A DNA stretch of 63,559 bases, the filler included, from Choristocarpus tenellus KU-1152 (Eukaryota; Protista; Phaeophyceae), in the NCBI GenBank assembly GCA_964200185.2. It is 9 parts of 9 records of this genome, joined end to end, with 100 filler letters (N's around TTAATTAATTAA, not from the genome) between each part and the next. Parts side by side here need not be neighbours in the genome. Positions count along the whole stretch, not along the records: positions 53,538 to 57,635 come from CAXNAD020016225.1; positions 57,736 to 60,401 come from CAXNAD020025819.1; positions 60,502 to 63,559 come from CAXNAD020022622.1; 6 more parts are not named here. The stretch is one strand, 5' to 3'. Of the stretch, positions 56,701-63,559 are shown piece by piece; the first letter of the stretch is position 1; the number at the start of each line of letters is the position of its first letter. Under the pieces are notes generated by a model. That model did not search any database. It had not been told where the DNA came from and saw nothing but the letters and a program-made list of their open reading frames with translations. The translations under genes and the position numbers were made by a program.

Positions 56701-57250
56701 CACACACACAGTCCGTGCACACTTGCAACCATCGCCCTCTATCAGAAGTCCACCAACTGGTAAACCAACTCAAAACTCCAAGTTTGGGTTTTCATCACGT
56801 AATGATATCTGTCATTTACCAAACAATTGTTAGAGGAATAGTTAGCACATATCACTCCAAAGAAAATGCCGTCACATCGAATCGGTCACAGCACACTGCC
56901 TCAGAGCCGACACTGACTCCAGCACGTACCACCCCTCCCCTTATACGCACAATCACCACAAACCTTAGGATTAGACGGACAGGGACGGTAAACAGCACAG
57001 TAACACGTATACGAAACTTCTATACATGGACAAGTTCCGCACACAGGAGATAGTCCACCTTCCGCCTTACAAGATCGACCGTGCGGGACGAAACGACCCA
57101 CGTGTCCCAAACCTCGGTGGAATCAAGTCCATGCACAGGTTCTTTACTGGTCGCCTCACCACCGGAGACACTCGTAAATTGATATACACCGAACTGTCGT
57201 GCTACTGAACAATCTGTTCCATCGGCAACCTGGACCAATGCAGGTGGTAA
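53706..57250 (+). mobile_element. Sola2-type DDD transposase gene, intron-containing, pseudogenised
   Basis: Exon 53706-53917 SCICIHH...CACTCAFC; exon from 54161 CVDGTCDRC; exon from 55022 FFLHRNTSFWQ...MSMDFS (55184)...HIWFEGCGSQFKN (55473)...HNFFASCHGKSFSDGIGAVVK (55596); C-terminal GIKSMHRF...ELSCY*TIC near 57120-57220. Stops at 55133, 55512, 55515 plus frameshifts. Confidence 0.85.
55870..56850. repeat. About three tandem units of ~355 bp inside the Sola2 relic
   Basis: CCCTCCCGCCCCTTGATAACCCAT at about 56209 and 56565; GCAGGAATAGATA and AAGTC.GCCAA...GTAAAC recur in each unit. Confidence 0.85.
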
Positions 57251-57635
57251 CTAACCCAAATGCCACTGCTTAAGGAGATAGATCTGTTTTCACGGAAGCA
57301 GGAACGGATGATATGTATCTGAGAAGTCAGCTGTCGAGGAAAAGAGATAGCTCGCTGAGGGGAACATATGCATTGTTCGGACGCAACCATCGGAGTACCA
57401 TGGTATAGAGTTGTTACTGTTCACTATCCATCGAAAGGAACCGATCACAACAGAGAGCGCCGAAAGTACCCTCATAAAATTCCCCCCCATTATCAGACCG
57501 CACACATGACCCGAGAGGGAGTACCATCAGCCCGGATATCGGCCAGGTACTTCTTGAAGGCTTCGGCAGCATCCGACTTTGCACGAAGGAAATACAACCA
57601 AGCAAAACGAGAATAATCGTCCCGAATTATCATGG

Positions 57636-57735
57636 NNNNNNNNNNNNNNNNNNNNNNNNNNNNNNNNNNNNNNNNNNNNTTAATTAATTAANNNNNNNNN
57701 NNNNNNNNNNNNNNNNNNNNNNNNNNNNNNNNNNN
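57636..57735. other. Artificial contig linker
   Basis: N44-TTAATTAATTAA-N44. Confidence 0.99.
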
Positions 57736-57794
57736 AAAATCGAAAAGAGGGTGAAAAACGGACGCCGGCACCCCCCCCCCAGATACTTTGATCG
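57736..57794. mobile_element. MITE terminus (G-tract subfamily) at contig start
   Basis: GGACGCCGGCA-C(n)-AGATACTTTGATCG. Confidence 0.7.
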
Positions 57795-57939
57795 TCATCA
57801 TATCGTTATTTATCACACTGTTTGCACGTTACAACTTGCATTGTACCAAACCAGATATAAGCGTACATGAAACCTATATGTTCATACTTGTATCAGCACA
57901 GACAACGAAAGGATATCACTAGGTTATTCGATATCCCCT

Positions 57940-59760
57940 TGCTGAAAACAAGTAATAACTCTGTAACAATCACAACTCCAAAAATATATATACAACACAC
58001 ATGTTACCTTACACGTTCATTAAAAATTTCACATGTTGTCTAAAAACTCGGACTGGAAAATTCTTGGTCAAGACATCTGCCCTTTGGCTTGCAGCACCGG
58101 CAAAAAAACACGAATCTCTCCTTTTCTAGACGAGTCCCTCAGAAAATGGTGTCGGACATCAATGTGCTTTGTTCTAGTAGAGCTTGCAGCATTTCATAGT
58201 CATTATCCTCGAACATGTCAATGCAACGCCTAGAAAACTGTGGCTGAATAAACTCAAAAACACTTTTCAAGAAAAGCAATTGCTGTGCCACACTGCTTAG
58301 GGCAATATACTCACTCTCCGTGGAAAACAGAGCTACATCTCTTTGTACCTTTGACATCCAAGATATTGCTCCTGCAAACATTATTGCTCCTCCAGTCACT
58401 GATCTACGACCATTCCAGTCTCCAGCGTAACTAGCATCAGCATATGCACTTAACTGGGACATGTATTCAAATATTATGCCAAAATATACTTAACTGCATG
58501 CTGATGTATGACTTTGGTCATACTACTATACTTGGCAACCTCACGAACTGCATTTGCAATGTGAAGCCTAGTCATAACAGATGCCCACATCAAACTACCA
58601 GCTGCCTCTTGGTGTATTTTCATCGATACTTGGATGACCATTATTCTTGTCCAAAGTCCTTGAGAGATCATGGGGTACCGCCTTCTTCTTTGCCCCATCC
58701 ATACCAAATCTTTGACAAATACTCTTGATGTACCTATTCTGACTGATGGCGACAGTCTGTGCAATTCGGTCACGTGAAATCTCACAACCCATATAATACT
58801 CAAGGTGACTAATACCTTCTATGAAAACTGCTCCTTAATCCTATAGCGAACCCAAATCAAAACATCATTTTCACCAGCTAGCAAAATATCATCAACATGG
58901 GGGGCTATCACAGCACAAACGACGCCATCTCTTACATAGTGTAACACACAGGGATCTGCTCTGCATTGCTCAAAACCACAGTTCCAAAACGTGCACCAAC
59001 AGATTATAAAACTCCCTGCTACCCCGTTTAGTTCCATAAAGGACTTTCCCTAAACATAAATCTTTACTAACCATATATACCACATCCATCACACAAAGGC
59101 AGAAGAATCTCTTCACTAATGCCTGCCTGGATAAAAGCTTGCTGCTTCACATCCCAATGCTTCAGTTCCCAATCCTTGTCTACAGCTAATGCTAAAACCA
59201 TTTTTTCAAAGATGTAGGCGATTGTATTGGAGTAATGGTATCTTGGTAATCTAAACTCTCAATATGTCGAAATTCTATTGCTACCAAACATTCCTTGTAT
59301 CTCACTGAGTGAAAGTGCCTTAGAGCGTACAAATTTTGCTCTGTTCATTTAGGGCTCGATTTCCCACAGGTTTTACGACATTTTACCTACTCCAAAATGT
59401 TTCGGAGTTGGTAAAATGTATACGTTATGAAAGGTTGTATCCGGAACAAGGATATTGGCAATTCCTAACAAACACGATTATCGAAAATATATCAAAATCG
59501 CAACATTGGATTTTGGCCCCCAAACAGACGCGGCTCTACCCTCTAAGATTCTTTGACTCAATACCTCACCTAATTTGTTAGTCTTACGCTTGTAGATCCA
59601 TACAGTGTTTATTGCCCTGCGTCCAGGGGGTAATACGTCCTCCACCCATATATATTCAACAACAAACCAGACATATTTTCTACTCTAGCTCGATCCCATA
59701 AATCGCATTTGGGAGAGCTACGTGCTGCTCTTACATACAGTCTTGGGTTCTGGAGGGAGC
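57940..59760 (-). mobile_element. Ty1/copia LTR retrotransposon pol relic (RT and RNase H)
   Basis: WIYKRKTNKLGEV..RYKECLVA, GFEQCRADPCV...HVDDILLAG (YVDD variant), AYADASYAGD..RRSVTG, ISWMSKVQ..VALFSTESEY, FEDN, RTKHIDVRHHFLR; many frameshifts; interrupted by MITE J. Confidence 0.92.
59307..59559. mobile_element. MITE family 1 copy J, nested in the copia RT
   Basis: GAGTG...GACTC termini; removing it plus 3 nt restores GEV(L/V)RYK. Confidence 0.92.
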
Positions 59761-60341
59761 TCATCCGCTAACACTCCAATAGAATCATCACTCGCAGATA
59801 TCACAAGGGTAGTCTCTATGGAAGCAGACAAACAATGAAACAATGGAACTCTTGTAAAAAATAACAGCAGAAAAATCAAAGAAGTCCGCACAACCACCAG
59901 GTGAAGTGCTGCAGAATGGTGACCTTCAGCGTCCAGTCTCTACTTCCTGAACACTCACCAATCCAGACCCCCATCCGTAACATTAAACATATATCTCATA
60001 TTACCCTTGCACTCTCGATCAGTCCAGGAAATACCATTCTCAACACCTCCCAGTTCTTGGGGGGGAGAGATCACAACTTTTACCCAAGACGACGATATCT
60101 CCGATAATTATGAAGACTCCGATGGGTATTTCGACAGATACACCGATCCGATATTGCAAGCAACAACCCCGAACAATACCTTGACAAGTTCACCTATTAA
60201 GTAACCCAGGTCAGTGAGGATAGCTGAACAACTGAGGGTGGCCTACAGGGGTTCACACACTGGAGATACCGAGGAACTGGGCGAGAATGTGGCCAATATG
60301 CTCCAAGCAAACATGGACGATGCTTACTGTTTGATGGGCAC

Positions 60342-60401
60342 GGGTCAGAGTATCTCGGGGGGGGGGGGGGTTGGGAGGGGGCGGCCGTTTTGGTCAAACA
60401 A
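60342..60401. mobile_element. MITE terminus (G-tract subfamily) at contig end
   Basis: GGGTCAGAGTATCTCG(n)...GGCCGTTTTGGTC. Confidence 0.7.
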
Positions 60402-60501
60402 NNNNNNNNNNNNNNNNNNNNNNNNNNNNNNNNNNNNNNNNNNNNTTAATTAATTAANNNNNNNNNNNNNNNNNNNNNNNNNNNNNNNNNNNNNNNNNNN
60501 N
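60402..60501. other. Artificial contig linker
   Basis: N44-TTAATTAATTAA-N44. Confidence 0.99.
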
Positions 60502-61036
60502 GACTAGTTATGCATTCAACAGCAAGAAGTGGGGGAGGGAGGAGCAGGGGGGGGGGGTGAGGTGCTTGTTTCAGGAAGATGTTTTTCTGTCTGAATAACA
60601 AAACATACAGATTGAAATACAGTGAAGTCAGTTGAACTTGGGGGAGGGGGGAGATGTGAAGGGGAGCTGGATGCTGCTTGTTCCTTTCCATTCATAGGTT
60701 TGAACACTACGATTTACACTAAGCTATTAGCCCATTAGATTCCCATTGTGTGCTGAGGTAGTGAATATACTCTGCACCTCCCAGAGTATTTAAAAACGTA
60801 TGTGTGAATTTAGGACGATTCTATTTTCTTTTTTATCACTGTCACAAGAAACCCGGAAATTGACCTTTTTTTTCTTTTTTTGGGTATGAAATAAAAAACA
60901 CAGACAGTTTTTTCCTCTATGTGACATTAAATAAGCGCAATTAGCAGGGCTGGAGGGCACTACTATCTGAGTTACGTTGCATGAACCACCTATGGCACCC
61001 TGCTTAATGGTACTATCCTACCCCTACTCCTGGCAG

Positions 61037-63120
61037 GTTGAACCAGAGGGGAATGGACTCCAGCGCAGTCCAGCTATCAAGTCCAAGAGGGCGACATATA
61101 GGGTCAACACCACGGTGAGGTTACAGAGATGTGTGCTCACATGTACACGATGTTTAGACCTTGAAGTGTTGGAATTTGACATGTGGGAGCAGTTTATGTC
61201 TAAACAGCAGACTCTCTGTTGTGAGGTTGCAGCCCACATCTTGAAATTGTGACTGCAGGAAGAGCAAGTGTACTGCTGCTGCTGTTGGTGCTAATAGTGA
61301 TTGACTCTTGATATGGCTCCACAGACAAGCACCGCTTTAGACCAGTGAACAGTGTATCTATGCCACCTTTGTTTTATTTGTAGTTGAGTGAAGAGTAATG
61401 TACTTGAGACCCCTGTTTTCTGGAGACTTTTTTAAGGGGTCGATGAGTGGGTCGCCACGTGACAGTTGCAAGTTCACAAATTGAACGTGTAACATTCACC
61501 CATCTAATGCCACCGATTTGTTCTTGTACGATAGTTATGTCATACTTCATTGCCGCCCAAGATTAGCCCTCTATTTATTCTTTTTTTTCAAGACCAAGAA
61601 ATAGGAAAAAAAAACACCAGTGGGGGGGTACTTGCAACCTGCATTTCATCCATTGCTTAGGGTTAGGGGATCCCCAAGTAGTACTTCTTCGAAGCACGCT
61701 GTGTACATAGCTGGTGGCCAAGCATCGCAGGCTTGAGAACAAGTGTTTGCTTTTTCTTGCTGAATAGTGTTTGCCAGTTGGGGTTGAAAGCCAACACCCT
61801 GACGTGAGAGAAACAGAGCGCTCTCGTTTTATGTACATCCTTTTACGGAGTCTGGGACTGGGTAGGAGTGAGTGCATAGAGGGTATACCTTTGTGTGGCA
61901 CAGTGTTGTTTCTTTTCGTTGAAGTTGTTTTTGTCCTGTCCCACAAGCCGTAGGGGTAATTTTATTATTATTTACCGGTTGCATTGAATGGGCATGGGTA
62001 GGGTCTGAAACAGGGATATAAATACTACCGCTACTACTACTACTACTACAGATAATAATAATAATAATATTAGGTTTGTGGTTTAGTCGGCGGCAAAGTG
62101 TGACCGAACAAAACCGACCACGGCATACTTCAGGTATACCTTATTTTGTCAACAATGTGCCTCAAACCGTCGCAATTTTGAGCTCTATGTTTTGCATCCC
62201 TCGTCTAAAATCAGAAAAAAGCTCATAGTGTTAACTTACCCTATTGTATGTTAGAGTGTGCGCTTTGAAAACTGATTTGGGATTGGACAAATGTAAAGAC
62301 GGGCAGATTTGCTTGTGCCTTCAAGGATGGCTCCTACCTTGGCACTTCTTTGGTGCTTGTTATTTTTTATTGCTATTGGGATGTGTTTGATGCTTTCCTC
62401 CTCTCTCTGCTTGTTCAACTGATCCTTCACTCCCCTCCCCTCCCTCCCACCCCCAAGCATCATTTGCAGACGTGTGTGAACAAGACCGTCCCATAACTAT
62501 TTAGTTGACCCAACATGTGTACTGCGCATTGAAATTTTTCTGTTAATGTTGTTGTGGGAGACAAATTCTATTGGCTGTTCTGTGCTGTGAGTATGTCAGA
62601 TTTTTGTTTTACGCTGACATACCGGGTATAGTGACGATAATGTTTCTGGGCAGCGTGGGAACCTCTGGGTAGAGCTGTTAAGGCGAAAGCAGCATGCAGA
62701 GCAGTTCTTTGTATTGCAGTAAGTTTTTTTTAAATATTCGTTTTTATTATTATTACGGTCTTTTTTCTTTTTCTTTTTTTAAAGAAAATGGCACCCAACG
62801 TGCTTGCTGAAGAATGTCCGCATCAGATCGGCACCAATCAAGAATGAAATCGTGCGTCTAGAGAACCCAAAGCATTCGCCACCATAATGTTTTCGCTCAA
62901 ACACTGAGCCCTAACCCTACCTACGGTGATGATAATGATGATGTGAAGGTGATGATATCGGTAAAGCCAGAGGATGAGAGGACTGGGGACACCAGTCTCT
63001 CGGGGAACCTCACCAGGGCTAAGGAAGAAGTGCACGAGTTTTCTTCGGATTCGGACCATCTGTCCAACCTGGGGAAGATGGTAGAGGCCATGGAGAACAC
63101 CATCAGGAGTGACCTTGATG
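61037..63120 (+). CDS. CAPZB: F-actin capping protein beta subunit-like, partial; 2 exons
   Basis: Exons 61037-61114 (ATYRVNTT) and 62949-63120 (VMIS...SLSGNLTR...HLSNLGKMVEAMENTIRSDLD) match the CAPZB pattern AxYKLTSTVML...LGGSLTR...HIANIGRLVEDME. Confidence 0.8.
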
Positions 63121-63559
63121 GCAAGTTCCCCCTGGGGGGGGGTGTTTTGTTTGTTGGTTTTGGGGGAAGGGAGAAGGCAGCACTCTATTAATATACTCTA
63201 ATTTTTAGTAATTTTTGTGATTTATCCTTAGCTTCTTTTTTCTTTTTCTTTTTGGGGGGGGGGAGGGGGGAGTGGATTGCTGTGGGGTGGGTACTTGCCG
63301 AGTTGTGAGTGACAGTGGTAGTTAATGCAGAGGTGCTGCATTTGGTGTGGGGGGTGGAGAAATGGCATGAAGACTTCGAGTTATGAGGCTAGGGTAGATG
63401 TGGGGAAGGTTACATAGTTGTGTGTGTGTGTGTGTTACTTTTCGTTTGCAGTGGTTATGAACTCGTCCTGGGGGGGGGGGGGGGGGGAGAAAGGGGGGGG
63501 GGGGTATCAGGGGTCTCAAAAAAGTTTCAATTTTTTTTTGTATGGTAAAAGGGGGGGGG

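Noticed and set aside
36415-57250. Alternative genetic code (TGA as sense) suggested by in-frame TGAs
   Set aside because: Intact genes use TGG for Trp and the TPR gene ends in TGA. Relics also contain TAG/TAA stops and frameshifts, consistent with mutational decay.
57795-57945. Polypurine tract and 3' LTR of the copia relic
   Set aside because: AAGGGGA is followed by TATCG rather than TG, and no second LTR is available for comparison.
19076-59581. Recurring short ORFs such as KPSPKWTNRAKL and YPLRYF
   Set aside because: Chance frames across MITE copies, with inconsistent starts and stops between copies.
10930-60501. Repeated TTAATTAATTAA flanked by Ns
   Set aside because: Identical 100-bp artificial linkers. 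Adjacency of genes across them has no biological meaning, so no gene-cluster claim is made.

Overview
Eukaryotic, intron-rich genomic DNA made of nine unrelated contigs joined by artificial 100-bp linkers (N44-TTAATTAATTAA-N44). Gene content and TTAGGG repeats suggest a flagellated photosynthetic stramenopile, possibly a brown alga or relative (inference). Host genes read from phase-consistent spliced exons: a partial VPS13 with an inserted dysferlin (DysF) domain, a partial axonemal dynein heavy chain, a complete NlpI-like TPR gene with a plastid-type leader, a partial Mfd/TRCF helicase and a partial F-actin capping protein beta. The dominant structure is a transposon system: about 20 MITE copies or ends from at least four internally different subfamilies share one terminal motif (5 nt + AAAGTATCT, often GRG...CYC). 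They occur alongside two decayed, intron-containing Sola2-type DDD transposase genes that are the likely mobilisers. Also present: two Ty1/copia relics, two decayed coding relics (Tudor-like; possible 2OG-Fe(II) dioxygenase-like), about 5 GC donors among 40 predicted splice donors, CpG-decay signatures, and a contig loaded with interstitial telomeric repeats. All calls come from manual reading; no database searches were run.
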